Source of the DNA: Clostridia bacterium
Lineage (GTDB): Bacteria; CBDUZB01; JAGLHV01
Assembly (NCBI GenBank): GCA_030637025.1
Contig: DAOVVV010000002.1
Coordinates: 1 to 64,000 of the forward strand
Length of the DNA stretch: 64,000 nucleotides
Direction of reading: 5' to 3'
Under the pieces are notes generated by a model. The model had not been told where the DNA came from. It saw only the letters and a program-made list of their open reading frames with translations, and ran no database searches. This document shows, one piece after another, positions 21,751 through 31,159 of this stretch (position 1 is its first letter; the number at the start of each line of letters is the position of its first letter). A program made the translations under genes and the position numbers.

Positions 21751-21789
21751 AAAAATCCCTTATTAAACGATTTAAAAATTCATTAAAAA

Positions 21790-22329
21790 TCATTTAGAAT
21801 AATTTATTCTTTTTAGTCCGTCATAAATAATTCTTAATTCATAAGAAAAATAATTACTCTTCGAATAGTCAACCCCAAAATCTTTCTTAATCCACCCTAT
21901 CCATTGCAATTTCCCATAAATCTCAATAAGTTGGTTAGTGGAATACTCCTCATAATCTAACTTCTGGTTAAAATCCGATACAATCCAGTCACACCATTGC
22001 AACCGGCTATGAATATCCTTCAATTGAGCAGGAAAATATTCTTCATAATCAAAATCTTTATTAAAATCTTCTTTAATCTGTTTAGCCCAGTATTTTCCTT
22101 CGTTTTTATCTGAATTCTGATTAGATTGTTCTTTTTCATGAGAAGAAGATGAAGATTCTATATCAAAAAGCGTATTTGCCTTTTTTTTAGAATCAGATTG
22201 AGGAACCTTTTCTTCTTTAGCCACCAGGAAATTTACTGATAAAAACAAAAACACCCACAAGAAACTTAAAATATTTTTTTTCATTTTAAAATTATTAAAA
22301 ACATCCTTTATAAAAAAATTACGAGCCAT
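21790..22329 (-). CDS. Secreted hypothetical protein with three 31-aa repeats
   Basis: Signal peptide from MKKNILSF (probable true start 22284); W..WI..DF...DYEEY...L..I...LQ repeated three times. Confidence 0.65.
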   Translation of the reverse strand: MARNFFIKDVFNNFKMKKNILSFLWVFLFLSVNFLVAKEEKVPQSDSKKKANTLFDIESSSSSHEKEQSNQNSDKNEGKYWAKQIKEDFNKDFDYEEYFPAQLKDIHSRLQWCDWIVSDFNQKLDYEEYSTNQLIEIYGKLQWIGWIKKDFGVDYSKSNYFSYELRIIYDGLKRINYSK

Positions 22330-22846
22330 TAATTAAATTAGTTATTTTTAATTTTTTTAATTCCTGATAGTATTTCTCTACTAATTTTATATCTACCCTG
22401 GGTAAATCTTCTCTGACCAAACCACTTTCAAAAATCTTGTCCATTATTTTAACTTCTTCTTTTATTTTATTTTTTTCCTCTTTTGTAATATATAAATTAG
22501 CCAGTCTTTTTTCCAAAACATTTTTATAATTTAATTGACTCTGAAACGTAGATAAAACCATCCAAATGCGATTAAACTCATCCGTTGATTCGTATCCCAG
22601 TTCTTTAACAAAATTATCGATCTCACTTTGTTTCTCTTCTATTTTAATTTTTTTATTTTCCTTTATTTGACTTTTTTTCCAAACAATAACCGGATAATTT
22701 GTAATAAATTTCTTTAATTCATCTTCGTTAATAGTTTTTGCGGGCAAAAATTCCTTTTGTGAAATATCTTTTTTTGAAGGACTATTAACATTACAACCTA
22801 CTCCCCAAATAACTAATAAAAATATTACCCACCATTTTTTATTCAT
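22319..22846 (-). CDS. Hypothetical lipoprotein
   Basis: MNKKWWVIFLLVIWGVGC signal peptide and lipobox; GGGGAG RBS. Confidence 0.65.
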   Translation of the reverse strand: MNKKWWVIFLLVIWGVGCNVNSPSKKDISQKEFLPAKTINEDELKKFITNYPVIVWKKSQIKENKKIKIEEKQSEIDNFVKELGYESTDEFNRIWMVLSTFQSQLNYKNVLEKRLANLYITKEEKNKIKEEVKIMDKIFESGLVREDLPRVDIKLVEKYYQELKKLKITNLINGS

Positions 22847-22911
22847 TTTTTACTCCCCGAAAATATTAAGTAATATCAAAAAATCTCAGGTAGACATTAT
22901 TACCCACTTTT

Positions 22912-23442
22912 TTACTTTTTATTCACTTCTTTCATAAATAATTCACGTATAGAATTAAATATTTTAATATAGCAAGGTGTTTGATAATCAGGATAAGTCC
23001 ATTCCCAAACAGAAAAAGTCCCCCCTTTAAAACGCAAAGTAACTTCCCCATATATTCCTTCTCCCAGGTAAATACGATGTTGCCAATCTTTAGTAGTAGC
23101 TAATATAAGTTTTCCTGCATTTAAATAACCCGGATCTATGTTTATCTTTCGAGCCTTCTTATCATCTATAAATTCTTTTTCAATTCTATTAGTAAGTATT
23201 TTAATCTGTACTATTTTATGAGGCAAAATAAGTTTGGCAAAACTTATAAATTTTCTACTCAAATCTTTACCCATTTCCTGCTCATAATATTTTGTCTTAT
23301 CAAAAGGCAATACATCCCCTTCATAATCAATTTTTCCGAATTCATTAATCAAACGCAACTTAATTTCTTCGAAAAGATAAAGTTGGTTAGTAATCATTCC
23401 TACTATTAATTTAACCGGTTGAGCAATAAAAATTCTACCCAT
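22912..23442 (-). CDS. DUF4416 family protein
   Basis: TKYYEQEMG..L.RKF, RKINIDPGY, LATTKD..HRIYL..GIY.E, WTYPDY. Confidence 0.85.
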   Translation of the reverse strand: MGRIFIAQPVKLIVGMITNQLYLFEEIKLRLINEFGKIDYEGDVLPFDKTKYYEQEMGKDLSRKFISFAKLILPHKIVQIKILTNRIEKEFIDDKKARKINIDPGYLNAGKLILATTKDWQHRIYLGEGIYGEVTLRFKGGTFSVWEWTYPDYQTPCYIKIFNSIRELFMKEVNKK

Positions 23443-23467
23443 TTAATTACCTCTCATAATAAAATAT

Positions 23468-23935
23468 CTATATTTTCTTCTTTAGCAAAGGAAGGTCTAC
23501 TTGTTGTGATTTTACATTTGCTTCATGAAAAATATCTAAAGCCAATTTGTCCGGATAACTACCACAAAATATAACTTTCTTTATACCTGCCTGAACAATC
23601 ATCTTGGCACAAAGAATACAGGGTTGATGGGTACAATATAACGCTGCATTACTAAGGCTTACACCATGAGTAATAGTAAATAATAATGCATTTTGTTCTG
23701 CATGCAACCCCCAGCATAATTCCTGGCTTTTACCCGGTAAAATATTCATTTTATCTCTTAAACAACCCCGCTCATTACAATGGATTAATCCACTAACCGC
23801 TCCATTATATCCGGTAGAAATAATTTTTTTGTTCTTTACAATTATACATCCTACTTTTCTACGCAAACAGGTAGAACGCTTAGCTACATTTTGAGCTATT
23901 TCTATGAAATATTCATCCCATGAGGGCCGGTCCAT
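23468..23935 (-). CDS. dCMP deaminase (ComEB family)
   Basis: RPSWDEYF, RSTCLRR, GYNG, HAEQNA, PCILC. Confidence 0.92.
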   Translation of the reverse strand: MDRPSWDEYFIEIAQNVAKRSTCLRRKVGCIIVKNKKIISTGYNGAVSGLIHCNERGCLRDKMNILPGKSQELCWGLHAEQNALLFTITHGVSLSNAALYCTHQPCILCAKMIVQAGIKKVIFCGSYPDKLALDIFHEANVKSQQVDLPLLKKKI

Positions 23936-24008
23936 ATAAATATCCTTTCTAAACTTTCACAATACATAACATTATTTTAACTATTAGGTCAATTTATTAA
24001 AAAATATC

Positions 24009-25586
24009 TTAATGTTTAAAATGACGCATACCGGTAAAAACCATAGCTATATTATGCTCGTCACAGGCAATAATTACTTCTTTATCTCTGATAGACCCCC
24101 CCGGCTGAATAATCGCTGTTATCCCTGATTGTGCTGCCGCATCAATCCCATCCCGAAAAGGGAAAAAAGCATCAGAAGATAAAACACATCCTTTAGTAGA
24201 AAGGCCGGCATTCTTCGCTTTCATCATGGCTAATTGTGCCGAATCAACCCTGCTCATTTGTCCTGCACCTATACCAATAGTTCTATCTTTAGTGGTATAA
24301 ACAATAGCATTGGATTTTACATGTTTACACACTTTCCAGGCAAACCGGAGAGCTTTCATTTCCTCTTCCGTAGGCTTCCTTTTAGTAACTACAGTTAAAT
24401 CCCCTTCGAACAAAATAGTATTTTTCTCCTGAATTAACAACCCTCCGGAAATCTTCTTATAATCAAATTCCTGACCAGAACCGGAATCTTTGGGCATTTT
24501 AATTAACCTGATATTTTTCTTCTCTTTTAAGATTTCTAAAGCTTCCGTACTAAAAGACGGAGCAAGCACACACTCTACAAAAGTCTTATTAATTTCACCG
24601 GCCAACTCTTTACCAACTTCCCGATTAAAACCGACAATACTACCAAAAGCACTAACAGGATCACATTTACGGGCATTTTTGTAAGCATCAATTAATTCAG
24701 CACCAATGGCTACTCCACAAGGATTGGTGTGCTTAATAATTACTGCTACCGGAAAATCAAACTCCCCGGTTATATTCCAGGCCGATTCTAAATCAATAAT
24801 ATTATTAAAAGACAATTCTTTCCCGTGTAATTGCTCCATATTTATTAAACTCTGTTTTTTTTCCCTATCCTCTGTTTTTAATTCTTTATAAAATGCAGCC
24901 TGTTGGTGAGGATTTTCCCCGTATCTCAAATCCTGAATTTTTTCCAATCGAATTTCCTTTAAATGGGGAAAATCTTTAATTTTTTTGTTTTCCGCCGTCA
25001 ATTTATAAAAATAGGAATATATGGTATAGTCATAACTTGCTGTATGTTTAAACGCCTGCATGGCTAATCGAAGTTTTGTTTCCCCACTTATCTCATTATT
25101 GTGTTTTCTCAATTCTGCCAAAAGCAAAGAATAATCCTCAGGATTTACGGCAATTATAACATCTTTATAGTTCTTTGCTGCTGAACGCAACAAGGTCACT
25201 CCTCCAATATCAATATTTTCTATAATTTCTTCCGGCGTAACCTTATCCATGGTAACTATCTGGCTAAAAGGATATAAATTAACTACAACTAAATCAATCA
25301 AACCAATATTTTGTTCTTTTAGCTGCTTTATATGTTCAGGATTATCCCGCAAAGCCAGTAAAGCCGCATGGACCTTCGGATGTAATGTTTTAACCCTGCC
25401 GTTGAGTAGTTCGGGATAACCGGTATAATCAGCAATTTGTTTAACTTTAATATTAGCTTTTTCCAGTTCTCGGGCCGTTCCCCCTGTAGAAATAATTTCT
25501 ATACCTAATTCAGATAACTCCCGGGCAAATTTTATTAACCCTGTTTTGTCGGAAACACTAATCAATGCACGCCTAATTTTACGCAT
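24009..25586 (-). CDS. purH: AICAR transformylase / IMP cyclohydrolase
   Basis: ALISVSDK, GRVKTLHP, LRYGENPHQ, SDAFFPF, RHFKH. Confidence 0.98.
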   Translation of the reverse strand: MRKIRRALISVSDKTGLIKFARELSELGIEIISTGGTARELEKANIKVKQIADYTGYPELLNGRVKTLHPKVHAALLALRDNPEHIKQLKEQNIGLIDLVVVNLYPFSQIVTMDKVTPEEIIENIDIGGVTLLRSAAKNYKDVIIAVNPEDYSLLLAELRKHNNEISGETKLRLAMQAFKHTASYDYTIYSYFYKLTAENKKIKDFPHLKEIRLEKIQDLRYGENPHQQAAFYKELKTEDREKKQSLINMEQLHGKELSFNNIIDLESAWNITGEFDFPVAVIIKHTNPCGVAIGAELIDAYKNARKCDPVSAFGSIVGFNREVGKELAGEINKTFVECVLAPSFSTEALEILKEKKNIRLIKMPKDSGSGQEFDYKKISGGLLIQEKNTILFEGDLTVVTKRKPTEEEMKALRFAWKVCKHVKSNAIVYTTKDRTIGIGAGQMSRVDSAQLAMMKAKNAGLSTKGCVLSSDAFFPFRDGIDAAAQSGITAIIQPGGSIRDKEVIIACDEHNIAMVFTGMRHFKH

Positions 25587-25698
25587 TACTTCTTCTCCTC
25601 TCTAAAACGGTATTGTTAAAATTTTTTATCCTTTTCTCATTAATCACTTTAGAAAATAAAGATAATTTAACATTATCTTAAAAACCAATACATATTTT

Positions 25699-26673
25699 TT
25701 AATCCCGATGAAAATAGTTAGCGGCTCTTCCTTTAGTTATTTTTTTTATTTCTCCATTTTTTACATTTACCAGATAGATATAATTTCTTAGAAGTACTTC
25801 TTTCACCACTAATATATGTTCATTATCCGGCAACCAGACCGGATTATAATATCCTTTATTAAATTTATTAATAAAATATTTAAATTCCCCTATTTTTTTA
25901 CCTAGTTCCTGTTGCTCATCCTTTGATATCAAATATACATTTCCTTCTTCGGTAAAAATAGTTTGTCCATCAGAAGAAACATCCTTTGTTTCAAAAAAAG
26001 TAGTTTCATTGTTTTGATTAAAGTGAAACTTTTTTTTACCTACATATTTTACTATGTTATTATTAGGCCATTCTTCTACTCCCATAAAATAATTCTTCTT
26101 TTTTTTCAGTGAATAGCGATAGCATCTAATTAGTGTCTTGCCGCCACTCAAATCAAAATTAGTAAAATAAATATTTTCCCCTTTTTTTGACCAATAAAAA
26201 GGAATTTGAAAAGGAGGCCCCGTTACAGAAGCAATTTTTCTTTTTTGTAAACGGGAAATATCTAAAAAACACAAAGAACAAGCATCTTTTTCATCTATTT
26301 TACCATCCTTATTGGTGTCTTTATCATAGATACCATACACTATTTTTTTACTATCCGGTGACCACTCAAAAGTATTAACAATTTTAGACTTTTGTGGAAA
26401 ACTTGTTAGTAACTTTTCATTATTGCGATTATCAATTAAAAAAAGTCCTTCTGCTGTCATAAAACATATTTTCTCCCCATCAGGAGACCATTGAAATTTC
26501 GTAGTTCTTTCACTACTTATACATTTTTCTCCCGTTCCGTCCAGATTTATCCTATAAATCATTTCTCCTCTGAAGAAATAAATAGGTAAATTTTCTTCAG
26601 CTAATAAATATTCAGGTAAAAAGAAACAACTCAAAACAAAAAATAATATTAATAAAAAACTTTTTTTATTCAT
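25699..26673 (-). CDS. Secreted TolB-like beta-propeller protein
   Basis: Signal peptide; WSPDG, WSPDS, WSKKG, WLPD repeats; DTNKDGKIDEKD Ca-binding-like loop. Confidence 0.75.
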   Translation of the reverse strand: MNKKSFLLILFFVLSCFFLPEYLLAEENLPIYFFRGEMIYRINLDGTGEKCISSERTTKFQWSPDGEKICFMTAEGLFLIDNRNNEKLLTSFPQKSKIVNTFEWSPDSKKIVYGIYDKDTNKDGKIDEKDACSLCFLDISRLQKRKIASVTGPPFQIPFYWSKKGENIYFTNFDLSGGKTLIRCYRYSLKKKKNYFMGVEEWPNNNIVKYVGKKKFHFNQNNETTFFETKDVSSDGQTIFTEEGNVYLISKDEQQELGKKIGEFKYFINKFNKGYYNPVWLPDNEHILVVKEVLLRNYIYLVNVKNGEIKKITKGRAANYFHRD

Positions 26674-27299
26674 TTTTCAATAATCCTCACTTTTCTGTCT
26701 TTTATATCCAGTCTTTTTTCCGCAAAAAGCTTTATTGCCTGAGGATAAATCTTGTGTTCTTCCACTAATATCCGGGATGCTAAAGTTTCAGGTGTATCAT
26801 TATCCAACACTTTTACCGTTTCCTGTAAAATTACTGCTCCCTGATCGTAATTTTCATTAATAAAATGCACTGTAACCCCGCTAACTTTACAACCATATTC
26901 AAGAACCGCCTGGTGAACATGTTTTCCATACATTCCTTTCCCCCCAAAAGCAGGCAGTAAAGCAGGATGAATATTCATTATTCTGTTTTTATATTTAGTA
27001 ATAAAAAAAGGATCTATTAACAACAAGAACCCGGCCAGACAAATTAATTCTACATCCCTTTGCTCCATTTCTTCAACTAATCGCCGGGCATAATCCTGAT
27101 TAGTAACAAAATCTTTTCTATCAATATATAAAGCATCAATTTTATGTTTTCCGGCTCTTTGAAGGGCATAAGCATTTTCACGATTACTAATTACCACCAC
27201 TACTTCGCCTCTAATAACATTTGTTTGACAGGCATCAATAATTGCCTGGAGATTAGTTCCCCCGCCGGAAACAAGAACACCTATTTTAAGCTTATTCAT
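26670..27299 (-). CDS. purN: Phosphoribosylglycinamide formyltransferase
   Basis: SGGGTNLQA, NIHPALLP, GVTVHF. Confidence 0.97.
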   Translation of the reverse strand: MNKLKIGVLVSGGGTNLQAIIDACQTNVIRGEVVVVISNRENAYALQRAGKHKIDALYIDRKDFVTNQDYARRLVEEMEQRDVELICLAGFLLLIDPFFITKYKNRIMNIHPALLPAFGGKGMYGKHVHQAVLEYGCKVSGVTVHFINENYDQGAVILQETVKVLDNDTPETLASRILVEEHKIYPQAIKLFAEKRLDIKDRKVRIIEK

Positions 27300-28261
27300 T
27301 TTAATTTTACATCCTTCCTGCCCGCAACAATTTTTCCGATTAAATACGATTTTTTTATCTTTTTTAATATTAAGTCCCCGAATTTTTGAGAAATAATTAC
27401 TACCATACCAATTCCCATATTAAACACACGAAACATCTCTCCTTCCGATACTTTTCCCTTTTTCTGGATAGAACAAAAGATTTCAGGAATTTCCCATTCA
27501 TCTTTGTAAATTACTGCCCCACAATTTAAAGGAAGAATACGGGGTAAATTATCCACCAATCCTCCCCCTGTAATATGTACCAATCCTTTAATAGGCGACG
27601 ACCCATCAGCAGAATTAATAAAGGGAAGTAGCGTCTTTACATAAATTTTAGTTGGCTTTAATAATTCATTGCTTAATTTTTTTAATTCCTTTCGGGAAAA
27701 AACCTTTTGAACCAAAGAGAAACCATTACTATGCAATCCCGTAGATTCAAGGCCAACAATTAAATCTCCGGGTTTTATCTTGCTTCCGTTAATAACCTTA
27801 TTTTTTTCTACGACACCTACCGCAAATCCAGCTAAATCGTATTCTCCCGGTTTATAACACTGGGGCATTTCTGCAGTTTCACCGCCAAGAAGCGTACAAT
27901 CAGCAAGCAGACAACCCCGGGCAATTCCTTTTATTACCTTTTGCGCTACTTTTAAATCCAGTTTTCCGGTCGCAAAATAATCCAGAAAAAACAAAGGTTT
28001 GGCTCCGCAAGTAAGTAAATCATTTACACACATAGCTACTAAATCAATTCCTATTGTATCGTGTTTATTCATTAACTGGGCAATTCTCAATTTCGTTCCT
28101 ACTCCATCGGTAGAAGAAGCTAAAACAGGATTTTTGTATTTTTTCCCATCAAGAGGGAATAATCCTGAAAATCCCCCTATAGCCGGATTAATTTTTTTTA
28201 TCCATTTTACCAATCTATCAGCTTTATCAATATCTACTCCTGCTTTTTTATAAGTAACCAT
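27296..28261 (-). CDS. purM: AIR synthetase
   Basis: YKKAGVD, TDGVGTK, GGETAEMP, GLHSNG, FNMGIG. Confidence 0.97.
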   Translation of the reverse strand: MVTYKKAGVDIDKADRLVKWIKKINPAIGGFSGLFPLDGKKYKNPVLASSTDGVGTKLRIAQLMNKHDTIGIDLVAMCVNDLLTCGAKPLFFLDYFATGKLDLKVAQKVIKGIARGCLLADCTLLGGETAEMPQCYKPGEYDLAGFAVGVVEKNKVINGSKIKPGDLIVGLESTGLHSNGFSLVQKVFSRKELKKLSNELLKPTKIYVKTLLPFINSADGSSPIKGLVHITGGGLVDNLPRILPLNCGAVIYKDEWEIPEIFCSIQKKGKVSEGEMFRVFNMGIGMVVIISQKFGDLILKKIKKSYLIGKIVAGRKDVKLK

Positions 28262-28273
28262 TTTTTATCCTTC

Positions 28274-28840
28274 CTATCTGCTCCCTGGTTTTTTTAAAGG
28301 AATTCCTTGTTTACACATTGGACAATCTTCCTGCCTATATGTGTTTATTTCCAAATTTAAAAGTACTTCCGGCTTAATCCCCAGCTCCAATTTTTCATTA
28401 CTTCTATTGACCAATGCTCCTATGCCGGATAAGACACCTCCTTCTTTTTCTACTACATCCACTACTTCTTTAACCGACTTTCCGGTAGTAATAACATCCT
28501 CTATTATTAACACCTTTTCTTCCTTTTTTATTTTGAAACCTCTTCTTAGAGTCATTATTCCATTTTCTCTTTCACAAAAAATAGCTCGTGTTTTTAAGTT
28601 GCGTGCTATTTCCTGTCCCACAATAATACCCCCCATAGCAGGGGAAATCACTAATTCTACCGTCTGACTAAAACGGCTGGCTAAATCCTCACATAATTGC
28701 TGCATTATCCGGGGATATTGTAACACCTGTGCAGACTGCAAATAATATTTACTGTGCAATCCGGAAGACAATTTAAAATGCCCTTCTAAAAAAGCTTTTT
28801 TATCTTTAAAAATTTGTAAAACTTCGTCTTCTCTCATCAT
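28274..28840 (-). CDS. pyrE: Orotate phosphoribosyltransferase
   Basis: GHFKLSSGLHS, IIEDVITTGKS. Confidence 0.95.
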   Translation of the reverse strand: MMREDEVLQIFKDKKAFLEGHFKLSSGLHSKYYLQSAQVLQYPRIMQQLCEDLASRFSQTVELVISPAMGGIIVGQEIARNLKTRAIFCERENGIMTLRRGFKIKKEEKVLIIEDVITTGKSVKEVVDVVEKEGGVLSGIGALVNRSNEKLELGIKPEVLLNLEINTYRQEDCPMCKQGIPLKKPGSR

Positions 28841-29551
28841 CTATTTTGCAACCTCTATTTCTTTTAAAATTTGACTGACTACAGCCAAAGGATTTTCCGC
28901 TTGAATAATCGGTCTCCCTATCACCAGATAATCCGCTCCTTCTTTTATTGCTTGAAAAGGAGTTAATGTTCTTTTCTGGTCATTAACCTGTGCTCCTTTT
29001 GGACGAATACCCGGGGTTACAATGAGAAATTTTTTCCCGCAATACTTCCGAATAAGGCCTATTTCCCGAGAAGAAGAAATAACCCCGTCCAACCCTGCAT
29101 CCCGACTCATCAAAGCTAATCGTTTTACCTGCTTTTCTACTTTTCGGTTTATACCAATTTGACCCAAATCTTTTTCTTTTAAACTGGTTAAAACCGTTAC
29201 CCCAAAAAGTAACGGTTTTTTTAAATTACTGGCCGTGGCTTCCACTTTAAGGGCTTTCTGCGTTTCTCGGAGCATACTAAAGCCGCCGCTGGCATGAATA
29301 GTTAATGCCCAGATTTCCATCTTCACGGCATATTTAACTGCCCTGGATACAATACTGGGAATATCATGGTATTTTAAATCAAGAAAGACTTTTTTCCCTT
29401 TCTTCTGAAGCATTTTTATTATTTGCGGACCGCAAGCCATAAAAGGATAAATACCTACTTTAAAGATATCCGCCACATCAGAAAGCGTATTTACTATTTT
29501 TTCCGCTTCACCTATATTAGACACATCTAATGATACAATTAATTTATTCAT
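28841..29551 (-). CDS. pyrF: Orotidine-5'-phosphate decarboxylase
   Basis: FLDLKYHDIP, VTVLTS, VTPGIRP, VIGRPI. Confidence 0.96.
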   Translation of the reverse strand: MNKLIVSLDVSNIGEAEKIVNTLSDVADIFKVGIYPFMACGPQIIKMLQKKGKKVFLDLKYHDIPSIVSRAVKYAVKMEIWALTIHASGGFSMLRETQKALKVEATASNLKKPLLFGVTVLTSLKEKDLGQIGINRKVEKQVKRLALMSRDAGLDGVISSSREIGLIRKYCGKKFLIVTPGIRPKGAQVNDQKRTLTPFQAIKEGADYLVIGRPIIQAENPLAVVSQILKEIEVAK

Positions 29552-29575
29552 TTCTTTCCTCTGTTTACCAACCTG

Positions 29576-29605
29576 ATTTTAGCAAAACTTTAAACACTTT
29601 GTCAA
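29576..29605 (-). promoter_or_regulatory. Putative sigma70 promoter of the pyrF-pyrE-purM-purN operon
   Basis: TTGACA-18 nt-TAAAAT with extended TG. Confidence 0.6.
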
Positions 29606-29614
29606 TTTTCAAAT

Positions 29615-30916
29615 TTATAATCTTACCACTTTGTGCTGTCCAAACTTGATTTTCCGGGTAACTCCTCGCGTATCAATAATCAGCTTAACAGTTTTTAAAA
29701 TTTTCTCATAATCAAAACAGGTGTGAGCTGTGGTAATTATAACTGCATCAGCATTTCTTAATAATGCATAATTCATTTTAGAGGCAACCTTTTTTTTGCT
29801 TTTAACTTCTACGTGAGGAACATAAGGGTCAATATATTTTATTCTTGCCCCCAAATTTTCCAGGAGTTGCATTATGTCTAAAGCCGGTGATTCCCTTACA
29901 TCAGAAACATCTTTTTTATACGCTATACCTAAAAAAACAATGTTTGCGTTTTTTATACATTTTTTTCTTTCATTTAATGCTTTAAAAACTTTTTCCACCA
30001 CAAAACCAGGCATTTTGTTGTTTATCTCTCCGGCTAGTTCAATAAAATGGGCATAAAAATTTAAACTCTTTAATTTCCAGGATAAATAATGAGGATCAAT
30101 GGGAATACAATGTCCTCCTAATCCAGGCCCGGGATAAAAAGGCATAAACCCAAAAGGTTTAGATGCCGCTGCGTCTATAATTTCCCAAACATCTAAATTT
30201 AGCCGGTTACAAACCAGAGCAATTTCATTTACCAACCCTATATTGACACTACGAAAAGTGTTTTCCAGCAATTTTACCATTTCGGCTACTTCAGGAGAAG
30301 AAACGGGAATTACTTTCTCAACAATTTTACCATAAAGTAAACAAGCAAGGTGCGTTGACTTCTTATCTATTCCCCCGATTACCTTTGGGGTATTTTTTAT
30401 TGCATATTTTTTATTGCCCGGATCCACTCTTTCCGGAGAAAATGCTAAATAAAAATCCCTGCCCACTTTATATCCTCTTTCTTCTAATAAGGGAACAATT
30501 ACCTCTCTGGTAGTTCCGGGATAAGTAGTACTTTCTAAAACAATTAACTGTCCTTTTTGTAAGTATTTGGAAATTTCTTTTGTTGCGGAAATAACATAAG
30601 AAATATCCGGATCTTTTGTTTTACGCAAAGGAGTAGGAACACAAATAATAATAATATTTACTTTTTTCAAAGAACTAAAATCATCAGTGGCTCTCAATTT
30701 TTGCCTATTTACTACCTTTTTTAAGGCATTATCCTCCACATCCTTAATATATGACTTTCCTTTGTTTATTTGATTAACTTTCACTAAATCCTTATCAATC
30801 CCTATTACCGATAAATCACATTGGGCAAATTCCACAGCCAAAGGCAAACCAACATAACCTAACCCAATAATAGCTATTTTATCATATTTTCTTACTTTTT
30901 TTTCTTTTAACCTCAT
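29615..30916 (-). CDS. UDP-N-acetylhexosamine (nucleotide-sugar) dehydrogenase, WbpA/WecC family
   Basis: GLGYVG, CVPTP, ESTTYPGTT, SPERVDPG, GGHCIPIDP. Confidence 0.9.
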   Translation of the reverse strand: MRLKEKKVRKYDKIAIIGLGYVGLPLAVEFAQCDLSVIGIDKDLVKVNQINKGKSYIKDVEDNALKKVVNRQKLRATDDFSSLKKVNIIIICVPTPLRKTKDPDISYVISATKEISKYLQKGQLIVLESTTYPGTTREVIVPLLEERGYKVGRDFYLAFSPERVDPGNKKYAIKNTPKVIGGIDKKSTHLACLLYGKIVEKVIPVSSPEVAEMVKLLENTFRSVNIGLVNEIALVCNRLNLDVWEIIDAAASKPFGFMPFYPGPGLGGHCIPIDPHYLSWKLKSLNFYAHFIELAGEINNKMPGFVVEKVFKALNERKKCIKNANIVFLGIAYKKDVSDVRESPALDIMQLLENLGARIKYIDPYVPHVEVKSKKKVASKMNYALLRNADAVIITTAHTCFDYEKILKTVKLIIDTRGVTRKIKFGQHKVVRL

Positions 30917-31014
30917 TCCTTTTTCCTCTCTTTCTAAAGATTATCTTTATAAAAACCACAAATTTATGTCTTTATTTTTCTTATTTTATATCATCTAAGA
31001 ATAAAGAGCCTTTC

Positions 31015-31037
31015 GGGCGACCAAGGGTCGCCCCTAC
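31015..31037 (-). repeat. GTAG-type REP-like hairpin
   Basis: GTAGGGGCGACCCTTGGTCGCCC: GTAG tetramer plus a perfect 8-bp stem. Confidence 0.75.
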
Positions 31038-31068
31038 ATTAATATATCTGTTGTCTTTTTTCCGTTGT

Positions 31069-31100
31069 CTATGGACTATCGACTGTGGACTATGGACTAT
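31069..31100. repeat. 7-bp tandem repeat array (locus C)
   Basis: CTATGGA CTATCGA CTGTGGA CTATGGA CTAT. Confidence 0.85.
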
Positions 31101-31159
31101 TTTATTTTTGCGTACCCGAAGGGTAAAATTATGCGTTTAGAGAAAAACATATTTTGCCT

